Of a stretch of 64,000 nucleotides of DNA, positions 37,488 through 46,923 are shown in pieces. How positions within the stretch are numbered: position 1 is the stretch's first letter; every line of letters starts with the position of its first letter. The stretch is from Rhodobacter sp. (GTDB lineage Bacteria; Pseudomonadota; Alphaproteobacteria; Rhodobacterales; Rhodobacteraceae). Below the pieces are notes generated by a model. That model had not been told where the DNA came from. It saw only the letters and a program-made list of their open reading frames with translations, and searched no databases. The DNA is taken from contig JADCEN010000001.1 in the NCBI GenBank assembly GCA_020250175.1, positions 10,996 through 74,995 of the forward strand. The letters run 5' to 3'. The position numbers and the translations under genes were made by a program.

Positions 37488-39245
37488 TCAGAAGGCGTAG
37501 CGCAGGAAGAACATCAGGCTGAACCAGTCGCCCGGATCCTCCAGCGCCAGGTCCACCGCCTCGCCCGGGACGGTGTAGGCGACCATCCCGTGCACATAAA
37601 GGTTGCGGCTGGCGAACCATTTCACGGTGACGTTGGCCTCATAGCCGTACTCTGTGTCGCCCAGAAAGGTCAGCGCCGGATTGCCGCCGATGTTGTTCAG
37701 GCTGTCGGCGTAAAAGGCCCAAAGCTGTGGCACGATCTCGATCTTGGGCGAGGGGCGCATCCGGGCCTGAAGGCGGTGCGCGATGACGTTGCTGTCCTGC
37801 ACCACCTTGAAATGGTTCGACCCCTGAACCCATTGCTCGCCATTGCCGCCCGACAGCAGCGGGTCCCAGCGTTCATAGGTCGCCGTCGCGGGGTCGTCGC
37901 CGGAAAAATAGCTCAGCCGGTAGCCGACCGATGGCGTCCAGGCCGCGTCGGCAAAGGTATAGCCGGCCTCGACATAGGCGGCACGGGCATCCATGCTGAA
38001 GTTGCGGTTGGTCTGCCGGGCGATCTCGCCGCCAAAGAACGGGCCGGGGACGGCCCCCGGTGCCTCCCAGGTGAAGCGCAGATCGACGGTCCTCAGCCCT
38101 TCGCGCGTGCCGATCACGCTGCCGGTCGGCCCGAAATAGGAAAAGTCCGATTGCGGCGACGTCAGATAGCTTCCTGCCAGCATCAGGCCCGGCAGCGGCG
38201 TGGTTTCAATGTTGATGCCGCCAAGGCGGGTATTGGTGTCGATGACCGGCAATTCATCCGGGTCGATATAGAACACCTCCAGCTTTGTCGTGTTGTAGGA
38301 CACCTGGCCAAGGGCCAGCAGGTCTGACGCCCAGCGGGCATTGGCCTGAAGGGCGGCACGTTCATCGCCATTGGCGGCGGTGTTGGCAATCAGCAGGGCA
38401 TTGGCCAAGGTGAACCGTTGCCGCCCGGCGGACAGGTTGAAGGCCAGCCGGTTGCCGCTGGCCGAGGTGCGCCCGCCGACGATGCCGATGTAGGCGTCTT
38501 CAACCGCCGTGTAGCTGCGGGTCAGGTCGGTGAACAGTTCCTGCCCCTTGGACCCCGTGGTCATCAGGCTGAAGGCACCATAGGCATAAAGCGAGTCTGT
38601 GACCGGGGTGATTCCAGAGATGCCCAGCGTCACCAGCCCCTCGACCCAGCCTTCATAGGCCTTGCCCGCCGGATTGCCCTGAACCAGCGGGTTTCCGGCC
38701 AGCATCGCCTGCGGATCGCCATACCAGGCATTCTGATTGGCATAGTACAGCCCCAGCGCGTCCAGCTTGAACCGCAGGACCGTGCCGTTCCGGTCATAGA
38801 TCAGCGGCAGGTCCTTTCGGTTGCCGGTAATCGCATAGCCGCGCCCCGTGCCGGTCTGGCCGGCTGCGGCCAATGTGACCGTCACCTGCACATCAAGCCC
38901 GCCGGCCCGGCCAAAACCCAGGTCATAGGTGATGTCCGCCACATCCGGATTGCGCAGCGCCCGGCCGATGGCAAAGGCAGCCCGGTCCTGCGAAAACAGG
39001 GTGCCAGGAAAGAAGGACAGCGCGCGGCGCACACTGTCGGTGATACGGTCATTCAGACCTGCGTCCGGGCTGGGGTTGGCCAGACGGATCGACACGGTTT
39101 CGATCTGGGCATTGTTGAACGGATCGGCAAGACCAACGCCCTGGGCGCGGGCAGATGTGCCGGGCAGCACCAACAGCCCGGCAAGGCCCAGGCCCAGCCA
39201 GAACAGAACAGGGCACAGGGGCCGGGCGACGACGTGCAAGGGCAT
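37488..39245 (-). CDS. Outer-membrane beta-barrel (alginate-export/porin-like)
   Basis: Signal peptide ...LGLGLAGLLVLPGTSARAQG, alternating beta-strand pattern, and an aromatic C-terminus ...FFLRYAF. Lies directly upstream of the Tat-SDR. Confidence 0.75.
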   Translation of the reverse strand: MPLHVVARPLCPVLFWLGLGLAGLLVLPGTSARAQGVGLADPFNNAQIETVSIRLANPSPDAGLNDRITDSVRRALSFFPGTLFSQDRAAFAIGRALRNPDVADITYDLGFGRAGGLDVQVTVTLAAAGQTGTGRGYAITGNRKDLPLIYDRNGTVLRFKLDALGLYYANQNAWYGDPQAMLAGNPLVQGNPAGKAYEGWVEGLVTLGISGITPVTDSLYAYGAFSLMTTGSKGQELFTDLTRSYTAVEDAYIGIVGGRTSASGNRLAFNLSAGRQRFTLANALLIANTAANGDERAALQANARWASDLLALGQVSYNTTKLEVFYIDPDELPVIDTNTRLGGINIETTPLPGLMLAGSYLTSPQSDFSYFGPTGSVIGTREGLRTVDLRFTWEAPGAVPGPFFGGEIARQTNRNFSMDARAAYVEAGYTFADAAWTPSVGYRLSYFSGDDPATATYERWDPLLSGGNGEQWVQGSNHFKVVQDSNVIAHRLQARMRPSPKIEIVPQLWAFYADSLNNIGGNPALTFLGDTEYGYEANVTVKWFASRNLYVHGMVAYTVPGEAVDLALEDPGDWFSLMFFLRYAF

Positions 39246-39350
39246 GGCGGGGCATTCCAAAATCCGAACCTGCCGCAAGTATGGGTGCATCCGCCGGAAC
39301 GCCAAGCGCAAAAGCCGGGTTCAGGCCGACAATCTGCCCAAAATGGGCGG

Positions 39351-39872
39351 TCAGTCCGCCAGCGGGGACAGGGCTGCGTAAAGACGCGCCAGCCGCTGAA
39401 GACCGCGCATGTCGAGATCGCTCAGATCGCGGCGCAGGGTCGATGCCCCGTCAACCGCAGCAATGCGCCACCGTCGGTCGGCACCTTGTTCAACCCACCC
39501 CGGCCCGGACATCTCGCTTAGCTTGCGGCGGACCGTTTCCCTGGAAAGCCCGGTCACATCCGCGATGCGCGACGCAGACATCGCAGCGGACTGACCCGAA
39601 TCCTTGTCGCTATGCCCGGAAGTCTGCGCCTCGATGTACCGCTGCCCCAGGACGGCCAGCACCAGAACCTTGGACAGGTCGCCCGAAAATGTCCGGGCGC
39701 AATCCGCCAGATGTTCCGTCAGAAACTGCACATAGTGGTATTGGACCCGCGCGTAATTGCGCTGGAACGCGTCAAGGACGGGTGCGGCGCGCTTCGGGCG
39801 CAGGTCTGCACTGCTCGGGTCTGAAGGCTCGTCGGTCACGCTGCTGCCTTCCTGCCTCAGAACACCGGTCAT
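39351..39872 (-). CDS. Winged-helix/HTH transcriptional regulator (uncharacterised)
   Basis: ...MSASRIADVTGLSRETVRRKLSEMSGPGWVEQ... is a helix-turn-helix plus wing. 173 aa. Lies upstream of the porin gene. Confidence 0.6.
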   Translation of the reverse strand: MTGVLRQEGSSVTDEPSDPSSADLRPKRAAPVLDAFQRNYARVQYHYVQFLTEHLADCARTFSGDLSKVLVLAVLGQRYIEAQTSGHSDKDSGQSAAMSASRIADVTGLSRETVRRKLSEMSGPGWVEQGADRRWRIAAVDGASTLRRDLSDLDMRGLQRLARLYAALSPLAD

Positions 39873-39920
39873 TGAAACAGCGGGCCGCCCCCCGTCCGCC
39901 GGGCGGCGGCCCCGTGCAGG

Positions 39921-40256
39921 TCAGAAATCGAACAACTCGCCCAGAAAGCTTTCGCGCCGCTTCTTCTTGTAGCCGCGACGGTAGTCATCGTCATCATCGT
40001 CATGTTTGCCATAGGGGCGGCCCTGCAGCGGCCAGGGCTGCTGCGGCGGCTGCTGATAGACGGGCGGCGGCGCAGGCTGCGGGGCCGCCGCGGGCCGTGC
40101 AGGGGCTGCTTCGGGGGCCGCACCCAGCGACCGCTCGATGATCTTGTCCAGCTCTCCCCTGTCCAGCCAGACGCCCCGGCATTTCGGGCAATAGTCAATC
40201 TCGACCCCGCCACGGTCGGCCATGACCAGGGTTTCATTGTCCACAGGGCAGCGCAT
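39921..40256 (-). CDS. TFIIB-type zinc-ribbon protein with a Pro/Ala/Gln-rich linker and a charged tail
   Basis: CPVDNETL...CPKCRGVWLDRGELDKI (CxxC...CxxC), then a low-complexity segment, a D6 run, and KKKRRESFLGELFDF. ATG at 40256 follows GGAG; the ORF-track start is 40286. Confidence 0.7.
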   Translation of the reverse strand: MRCPVDNETLVMADRGGVEIDYCPKCRGVWLDRGELDKIIERSLGAAPEAAPARPAAAPQPAPPPVYQQPPQQPWPLQGRPYGKHDDDDDDYRRGYKKKRRESFLGELFDF

Positions 40257-40684
40257 CGGCTTCTCCATCCTTGTTTCTGTGGCCAAGATGGGGGCGCGGC
40301 GGCGCGGTGCAAGTGCCGCGCCGATAACAGTTCCGCAGCCAGCGCCGGGGGCGGGGTATCAGCCAACCCGCATTTGAATGTGTCAGGCCGCCCCCGGCTT
40401 CTCCCGGAAGAGATTCTGGTGGCGATATCGCCCTTAGCCTGTGTACTGTTCACAGGATGGTCCTGTGACTGCCGACAAGAATTCCAAATGCGATAGCCGT
40501 GGGAGGAAATCTGCCGCCCCTTGCAAAACCGCGCCTGGCGCGGCATGGTCAGGCCCGAGCCGTGGCGATGGCGTCGCCACAGGGCCGTCGGGCCCGCTGC
40601 TTGGCGGAGTTGCCGCCTGTCGTCCTGTACGCCGGGACCTTTCGGGGTTCCGCCGCGTGCCGACCCCTTCGGATGAGGTCGGAG

Positions 40685-41896
40685 ATGACGCTGGAACGCC
40701 CGGAACAGTATCGCTTTCACAATGGCACCAAGGCGGTGCTGCCCTTTGGCCCCGACGAGTATGAAGACCGTCTGGCGGGCCTGCGCGACATCATGGAACT
40801 GCACAGCCTTGACGCTGTGGTCCTGACCTCAATGCACAACGTGGCCTATTACTCGGGCTTTCTTTATTGCTCGTTCGGGCGGCCCTATGCCTGTGTGGTG
40901 ACAAAGACCGAATGTGTCACCGTCAGCGCCGGTATCGACGCAGGCCAGCCCTGGCGGCGCAGCCACGGCGACAATATCACCTATACCGACTGGAAGCGCG
41001 ACAATTTCTGGCGCGTGGTGACAGGCATCATCGGCACCGGCAAGGCGGTGGGCTGTGAGGCCGATCACCTGACGCTGCTGCAGTCGGAAAAGCTGAACAG
41101 CTTCCTGCAACCCAGGCGCGGCGTCGATGTTGCCCCCGCGACGATGCGGCAGCGCATGGTCAAAAGTGCTGCCGAAGTGGCGCTGATCCGGCAGGGCTGC
41201 CAGGTGGCCGATGTGGGCGGCTATGCGATCAAGGCGGCTGTACGCGCCGGTGTGCGCGAGATCGACGTGGCCATGGCCGGGCGCGATGCGATGGAAGCCG
41301 AGATTGCCCGGCGTTTTCCCGATGCGGAATACCGCGATACCTGGGTCTGGTTCCAGTCGGGGCTGAACACCGACGGCGCGCACAACCCGGTCACCGGCCG
41401 CGTGCTGCAGCGCGGCGATATCCTGTCGCTGAACTGTTTCCCGATGATCAGCGGTTATTACACGGCGCTGGAGCGGACCATGTTCGTGGAAGAGGTGGAC
41501 GCGGCCAGCCTGAAGATCTGGCAAGCAAACGTTGCCGCCCATGAATACGGCATGACGCTGCTGAAGCCCGGCAACAGCTGTGCCTGGATCACCGCGCAGA
41601 TCAACGACTTCCTGGCGGAGCGGCAAATGTTGCAGTACCGGACCTTCGGCTATGGCCATTCCTTCGGCATCCTGAGCCACTATTATGGGCGCGAAGCCGG
41701 GCTGGAACTGCGCGAGGATATCGACACGGTGCTGGAACCCGGCATGGTGATTTCCATGGAGCCGATGCTGACCATCCCCGAAGGCCAGCCTGGCGCGGGC
41801 GGCTACCGCGAGCACGACATCTTCCTTGTGACCGAAGACGGCAACGAAAACCTGACAGGCTATCCCTATGGCCCTGGTTTCAACGTGGTGGCCTGA
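40685..41896 (+). CDS. Creatinase (creatine amidinohydrolase, M24 fold)
   Basis: 403 aa, near-colinear with the Pseudomonas putida creatinase as I recall it: YYSGFLYCSFGRPYA...GQPWRR...WFQSGLNTDGAHNPVT...LSLNCFPMISGYYTALERT...QYRTFGYGHSFG.LSHYYGREAGLELREDIDTVLEPGMV.SMEP. Confidence 0.9.
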   Translation: MTLERPEQYRFHNGTKAVLPFGPDEYEDRLAGLRDIMELHSLDAVVLTSMHNVAYYSGFLYCSFGRPYACVVTKTECVTVSAGIDAGQPWRRSHGDNITYTDWKRDNFWRVVTGIIGTGKAVGCEADHLTLLQSEKLNSFLQPRRGVDVAPATMRQRMVKSAAEVALIRQGCQVADVGGYAIKAAVRAGVREIDVAMAGRDAMEAEIARRFPDAEYRDTWVWFQSGLNTDGAHNPVTGRVLQRGDILSLNCFPMISGYYTALERTMFVEEVDAASLKIWQANVAAHEYGMTLLKPGNSCAWITAQINDFLAERQMLQYRTFGYGHSFGILSHYYGREAGLELREDIDTVLEPGMVISMEPMLTIPEGQPGAGGYREHDIFLVTEDGNENLTGYPYGPGFNVVA

Positions 41897-41917
41897 CCGG
41901 CGGTTGCCGTTATAAAA

Positions 41918-41946
41918 CCGTCATACCGCCATTACGCAACTGTCAT
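41918..41946 (+). promoter_or_regulatory. Pho-box-like direct repeats CCGTCAT-N4-CCATTAC-N4-CTGTCAT
   Basis: 7-bp repeats in 11-bp phase, 52-80 nt upstream of the ATG at 41998, in the same orientation as the gene. Confidence 0.45.
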
Positions 41947-41997
41947 GCGGCGTTGCCATTGCTCGAACGGACTTGCACCCGAACGAGGAATGGTTTC

Positions 41998-44169
41998 ATG
42001 CGTCTCAAACATGCCGGATTGACCTCGGCGCTGGCGATCTGCGCTGCGCTGCCCGCTTTTGCCGAGCAGAATTTCAACCGCATCGCCACTTTCGCGACGC
42101 CTCTCAACATGGCGGCGGGCGAAGACACCGCGCGCCCGTCCAGCGCCGAGATCATCGCGGCATCGGAAGACGGGATGACCCTGATCTATACCGACAGCCC
42201 GCTGGGCGTGGTCGGGCTGATCGACATCACCGACCCGGCGGCACCGAAACCGCTTGGCAACATCGATGTGGGCGGAGAACCGACAACGGCAAAGATTCTG
42301 GGCGGCAAGGCTTTTGCCGCCGTCGTGACCAGCGAAAGCAAAGCCAACCCATCGGGCAAGCTGGTGACGGTTGATCTGGCAACCAGGGCGATTGTTGCGG
42401 AATGCGACCTGGGCGGCCAGCCGGATTCGGTGGCCATTGCCAAAGACGGGTCGTTCCTGGCCATCGCCATTGAAAATGAACGCGATGAAGAGGTGAACGA
42501 TGGTGCCATCCCGCAGCTTCCCGCCGGGTTTGTGGTAAAGCTGCCGCTGGTGGACGGGGCCGTGAACTGTGCAGGTCTACAGCGGATCGAGGTGACAGGT
42601 CTGGCCGAAGTGGCCCCGGAAGACCCGGAACCGGAATTCGTGTCGATCAACGACGCGGGCGAAATCGCCGTCACCTTGCAGGAAAACAACCACATCGTGG
42701 TGATCGGTGCCGATGGAACCATCGCAGGCCATTTTTCGGCAGGTGCGGTTGATCTGGACGGGATTGATGTGAAGCGTGACGGGCGGCTGCGCTTTGACGG
42801 GGCAAAGACCGGTGTTCTGCGCGAACCGGATGGGATTGTCTGGCTGAACAATGACCTGTTCGCGGTGGCGAATGAAGGCGACTACGAAGGCGGTTCACGC
42901 AGCTGGACCATCTTCCGCAAGGATGGAACGGTGGTTTATGAATCCGGCCCCAGCCTGGAACGGGCGATTGCCGAAATCGGGCATTACCCGGAACACCGGT
43001 CGCGGTCGAAGGGGACCGAGCTGGAATCAGTCGAGTTCGCCGTGTTCGATGGCAAGCCCACGGCCTTTGTTGCTTCCGAACGCGGGTCGGTGATCGGGGT
43101 CTATGACCTGACCGATCCGGCGGCCCCGGTGCTGACGCAGCTTTTGCCTTCGGGCATATCGCCCGAAGGGATGGTTGCCATTCCGTCGCGCGGTTTGCTG
43201 GTGTCTGCCAACGAAGTTGACCTTGTCGAAGACGGACTGGCCCGCGCCCATGTGATGATCTATCAGCGGCAGGATGCCCCGGCGGCCTATCCGATGATAA
43301 CTTCGGCCGGCACGGAAGACCTGATCGGCTGGGGCGCGCTTTCCGGCCTTGCCGCCGACCCTGCCGAACCCGGCAGGCTTTATGCCGTGTCCGACAGCGT
43401 TTATGCGGCTGCACCCACGATCTACACCATCGACGCCACGCAGACCCCGGCCCGGATCACCTCTGCCCTGCCGGTGACGCGCGGCGGCGATGCGGCGCAG
43501 AAGCTGGACCTGGAAGGCATTGCCGCGGATGGTGAAGGCGGGTTCTGGCTGGCATCCGAAGGGCGCAGTGACCGCCTGGTGCCCCATGCGATCTATCATG
43601 TCGATGCCGAAGGGGCCATCGACAAGGAAATCGCCCTGCCGCCGGAACTGCTGGCGAACGAAACCCGCTTTGGCTTTGAAGGGATCACGGTTGCGGGCAA
43701 GACGCTTTGGATGGCAGTGCAGCGTGAATGGAAGGATGATCCGAAGGGCATGGTAAAGCTTCTGGCCTATGATACCGAAGCAGAAACCTGGGGTGCTGTT
43801 CACTACCCGCTTGACACTGCCGGGGGTGACGCCTGGATCGGCCTGTCGGAAATCACCCTGAAAGGCGATTGGGTCTATATTGTGGAGCGTGACAATCAGG
43901 TTTCGGAAACCGCCCTGGTGAAGAAGCTCTATCGTGTTCCCGCAGCCCAGATGCAGCCGGCACCTTTGGGCGGACCGCTGCCTGTGGTCACGAAAGAGCT
44001 GGTGCGTGACCTGCTGCCGGATCTGGCCGTTCTGAAAGGCTATGCGATGGACAAGATCGAAGGCTTTGCGATCGACGCTGCGGGGACCGGATTTGTCGTG
44101 ACCGACAATGACGGTGTTGATGACAGCTCGGGCGAGACACTGTTCTGGTCGCTTGGTACCGTCCAATAA
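41998..44169 (+). CDS. Secreted two-domain beta-propeller-like / phytase-like (esterase-like activity of phytase) protein
   Basis: Signal peptide MRLKHAGLTSALAICAALPAFA. 723 aa. The C-terminal half (...LEGIAADGEGGFWLASEG...FEGITV...EGFAID...) looks phytase-like. GAGGAA Shine-Dalgarno sequence. Confidence 0.7.
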   Translation: MRLKHAGLTSALAICAALPAFAEQNFNRIATFATPLNMAAGEDTARPSSAEIIAASEDGMTLIYTDSPLGVVGLIDITDPAAPKPLGNIDVGGEPTTAKILGGKAFAAVVTSESKANPSGKLVTVDLATRAIVAECDLGGQPDSVAIAKDGSFLAIAIENERDEEVNDGAIPQLPAGFVVKLPLVDGAVNCAGLQRIEVTGLAEVAPEDPEPEFVSINDAGEIAVTLQENNHIVVIGADGTIAGHFSAGAVDLDGIDVKRDGRLRFDGAKTGVLREPDGIVWLNNDLFAVANEGDYEGGSRSWTIFRKDGTVVYESGPSLERAIAEIGHYPEHRSRSKGTELESVEFAVFDGKPTAFVASERGSVIGVYDLTDPAAPVLTQLLPSGISPEGMVAIPSRGLLVSANEVDLVEDGLARAHVMIYQRQDAPAAYPMITSAGTEDLIGWGALSGLAADPAEPGRLYAVSDSVYAAAPTIYTIDATQTPARITSALPVTRGGDAAQKLDLEGIAADGEGGFWLASEGRSDRLVPHAIYHVDAEGAIDKEIALPPELLANETRFGFEGITVAGKTLWMAVQREWKDDPKGMVKLLAYDTEAETWGAVHYPLDTAGGDAWIGLSEITLKGDWVYIVERDNQVSETALVKKLYRVPAAQMQPAPLGGPLPVVTKELVRDLLPDLAVLKGYAMDKIEGFAIDAAGTGFVVTDNDGVDDSSGETLFWSLGTVQ

Positions 44170-44194
44170 GGCTGGACTTTGCCGCGAAACGGGG

Positions 44195-44223
44195 CCCCGG
44201 GCGTAACAGCCCGGGGTCTTTTG
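44195..44223 (+). terminator. Rho-independent terminator
   Basis: CCCCGGGC-GTAACA-GCCCGGGG followed by TCTTTTG. Confidence 0.65.
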
Positions 44224-44310
44224 CCTTTGCCGCCAAGGAAACACTTGACCTTGGGCGGGTTGCATGGCCGTTCTGCGCTGTCTGCCGTGAGCGAAAAGAT
44301 TGAGACGCCC

Positions 44311-45138
44311 GTGATTCTGTTTGCCAGACGCCTTGCCCCGCTTCTGATCCTTGCCCTGCTGGCGGCCTGCGGCCCGTCTCCGTCCGCCGACACGGTCCAG
44401 CGCGAACATCCGATGTACCCCGGCATTCAGGATGGCGATTTCTTCATTCCGCCGGTGCCGATGCGATACCTGATCTCCACCAATATCCGGACCGAGGTGC
44501 CGTATCTGGGGCCGGATGAACCCGGCTCGATCGTTGTCGATACCTATGCCCGGCGGCTTTACCATGTGCATGAGGGCGGCGTGGCCACCCGCTATGCCAT
44601 TGCCGTCGGGCGCGAGGGGCTGGCGTTCCGCGGGTCCGGGGTCGTGGGGCACAAACAGGAATGGCCGTCCTGGCAGCCGACACGCAACATGATCCGCACC
44701 CAGCCCGAAACCTATGCCCAATATGCCGCCGGCCTGCCGGGTGGCCTTGACAACCCGCTGGGGGCGCGGGCGCTGTACCTGTATCGCGGCGGGCGTGATA
44801 CTTACTTCCGCATTCACGGCACGATTGACCCGGCGTCGATCGGCAGGGCAACGTCTGCGGGCTGCATCCGCCTGTTCAATCAGGATGCGCTGCACCTGTA
44901 CGAAAATACGGAGTCCGGCACGCGCGTACATGTGCGCACGCAGGATGAATCGCTTGCCCTGGAAGGGGCCTGGATCGACGATGAATATGGCCGCATCGTA
45001 AAGGTGCCCGACGGGATGAGCGTTGAAGAGGCGCAAGGCTATATCGCCGAACGCGCGGCGAAGCTGCCCCCGCCGGTCGACGTGCTGCCCGACCCGATGG
45101 GGGCCGACCGCATGGCGGCGGAGACGGCCGGGAGCTGA
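44311..45138 (+). CDS. L,D-transpeptidase (YkuD) lipoprotein
   Basis: Lipobox LLAAC after (M/V)ILFARRLAPLLILA. Catalytic HGT...SAGCIRL motif. The start is uncertain (GTG at 44311 or 44287). Confidence 0.75.
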   Translation: MILFARRLAPLLILALLAACGPSPSADTVQREHPMYPGIQDGDFFIPPVPMRYLISTNIRTEVPYLGPDEPGSIVVDTYARRLYHVHEGGVATRYAIAVGREGLAFRGSGVVGHKQEWPSWQPTRNMIRTQPETYAQYAAGLPGGLDNPLGARALYLYRGGRDTYFRIHGTIDPASIGRATSAGCIRLFNQDALHLYENTESGTRVHVRTQDESLALEGAWIDDEYGRIVKVPDGMSVEEAQGYIAERAAKLPPPVDVLPDPMGADRMAAETAGS

Positions 45139-45662
45139 TCCGGACCACGGACCGGCTGACACGGTGAAGAAAAAGCATCCCCGCCGCCTGCCGGACGGGA
45201 AAATCATATTGATCCGCCGGAAAGGCGGCTTGCCGTTGCGGGCAGACAAGGAAATGCAGCGCTTTGCCCCGCTTGGTCAGGTGCCGCAGCCCCACAAGGC
45301 CCCTGCATACCGGCGCAGTGAAGGCCAGCGCCCGCCAGGGGCGGGGCAGGTGCCTGCATGGGGCTTTGGCCCCTGGCGGGCGGGTGAAAAGCCCCCGGCA
45401 GGACCGGGGCAATAGCCCCGGACAGACAGCACGATGTGTGCGGAAGATGTTCCTGTCTTCCGGCAGGCGGTCCATGCGGCTGGCAGGTTTTCAGCAGCCT
45501 GCCAGAATGCAGACAACACTCTCAACCGCTTGCGCGATGTGCTGTTGGCCTGGGGCGCAAGGTAAGGCCCGTCGTCTGTTCACGCGGTGCAGGACTGCCG
45601 CAAAGTATGCACAGACCGGAAGGGATCGTCACGAAACCGCAAATGCAGCGGCCTTTCGCCTG

Positions 45663-46712
45663 TCAACCCTGGTCGGAAAAAGCACGGTCATAGAAGGTGC
45701 GCGGTGCGATCTGTTCCGGTTCCACCATCCGGAGCACCGGGTCAGTCACGTTCTGATCGATGATCCGGTAAGCTTCCCTGATCAATCCATGGGCGTCCTG
45801 CCGCACCATATGGACAGGAAACTGCAGGTAGGCGGCGAAAGGATCATAGTCGTAGCAGCCAATGACCGAGCCGCGCAGGTCGTCAAGCGGCAGGCTGGAC
45901 AGATGGCCAAGGACCCCTTCGAAGGCGGTCAGCGAATTGACAAGGACACCCGCAGGCAAGCCTCCCAGCCTGTTGCACAGGGCGGCGATTTCGCGCATCG
46001 CGCTGCGGGGGGCATAGCCGCAGGCGATGACCTGCCCAGGTCCGGGCGGTGATCCGGCCTCGGTCAGGGCATCGCGGAACGCCTCGATCCGGCGCGCCGA
46101 GGCATAGTCGGCCGGGTCACCGCCGATGAAATAGATACGGTCGCGGCAGGCAGCGCCGGTGATCGGGCGATCCGACAGAAGGCGTCGGGTCAGGTCGGCC
46201 GCACCCTTGTAATTGTCCGAGACGACCGAAGGTGCCCCCCGCCCCGGCAAATCGACGAAGACATGGCGCAGGTTTGCGGCGTTGCACATCGCGCTGACGG
46301 CATCGGGGTCTGTCGCCCCGGCGATGAACATGTAATCGACCGCATAGGTGATCAGCGTTTCCACGATCCGCCGTTCTTCCTGCGGCTCGCGCATTGATGA
46401 GGCGATGACCGGCACAAGGCCCCGCTCGCGCGCGAAGGCTTCGAAGCTTTGCGACATCGACGCGAAAAAGCGGTTGTCATGCAAGGGAATCACCATTCCG
46501 ACCAGGCCGGAACGGGCCTTGCGCAGGCCCCGTGCCTGCATGTTTGCCGAATAACCTTGGGCGGCGGCGATGCTGCGGATGGTCTCGACCGTCGCCTCGG
46601 AGATGCGCCTTTCGCGCCAGCTTTCGCCAAGGGCTGCCGAAACGGTCGAGGCAGAGGCCCCTGAAAGCCTGGCGATGTCATAGATGGTGGCCTTGCGGCT
46701 GGCGCGGGTCAT
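45663..46712 (-). CDS. LacI-family transcriptional regulator
   Basis: N-terminal HTH ATIYDIARLSGASASTVSAAL followed by a PBP1-like effector domain. 349 aa. Confidence 0.85.
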   Translation of the reverse strand: MTRASRKATIYDIARLSGASASTVSAALGESWRERRISEATVETIRSIAAAQGYSANMQARGLRKARSGLVGMVIPLHDNRFFASMSQSFEAFARERGLVPVIASSMREPQEERRIVETLITYAVDYMFIAGATDPDAVSAMCNAANLRHVFVDLPGRGAPSVVSDNYKGAADLTRRLLSDRPITGAACRDRIYFIGGDPADYASARRIEAFRDALTEAGSPPGPGQVIACGYAPRSAMREIAALCNRLGGLPAGVLVNSLTAFEGVLGHLSSLPLDDLRGSVIGCYDYDPFAAYLQFPVHMVRQDAHGLIREAYRIIDQNVTDPVLRMVEPEQIAPRTFYDRAFSDQG

Positions 46713-46773
46713 CGATCTGTCCGGTCTGCGAAAGAAACTTCTTGACGGGTCTAGGCGCTTGGCTGCTCAATAG

Positions 46774-46789
46774 GCAATATCGATTGTGC
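46774..46789. promoter_or_regulatory. LacI-type operator candidate GCAATATCGATTGTGC (imperfect palindrome centred on CG)
   Basis: Lies in the divergent spacer. It shares the 12-mer ATCGATTGTGCA, in inverted orientation, with 46862-46879. Confidence 0.4.
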
Positions 46790-46861
46790 ACTTGATCGAT
46801 CCTGGGAGGAAAGACAGGCACAGAAGATGATGCGGCAGCGGTAGCTGCTGTGCAGACAGAT

Positions 46862-46879
46862 TGCACAATCGATGCAGCA
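46862..46879. promoter_or_regulatory. Second LacI-type operator candidate TGCACAATCGATGCAGCA
   Basis: Contains TGCACAATCGAT, the reverse complement of the 12-mer in the first site. Lies 45 nt upstream of the SBP start. Confidence 0.4.
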
Positions 46880-46923
46880 TTGAGGGTACGGCCCTTCTGC
46901 GGGCCCTTAACGGGAGGAAGATC

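Noticed and set aside
40438-40456. Inverted repeat CCTGTGTACTGTTCACAGG upstream of creatinase, containing TGTGT-N5-TCACA (CRP-like).
   Set aside because: The spacing is N5, not the N6 of CRP/FNR-family sites. It is a single occurrence with no cognate regulator nearby. It is kept only as a note.
45162-45415. Small basic ORF (VKKKHPRRLPDGKIILIRRKGG...) in the 524-bp spacer between the L,D-transpeptidase and lacI genes.
   Set aside because: It has no Shine-Dalgarno sequence, no recognisable domain and an Arg/Pro/Gly-rich composition. It cannot be told apart from random high-GC ORFs.
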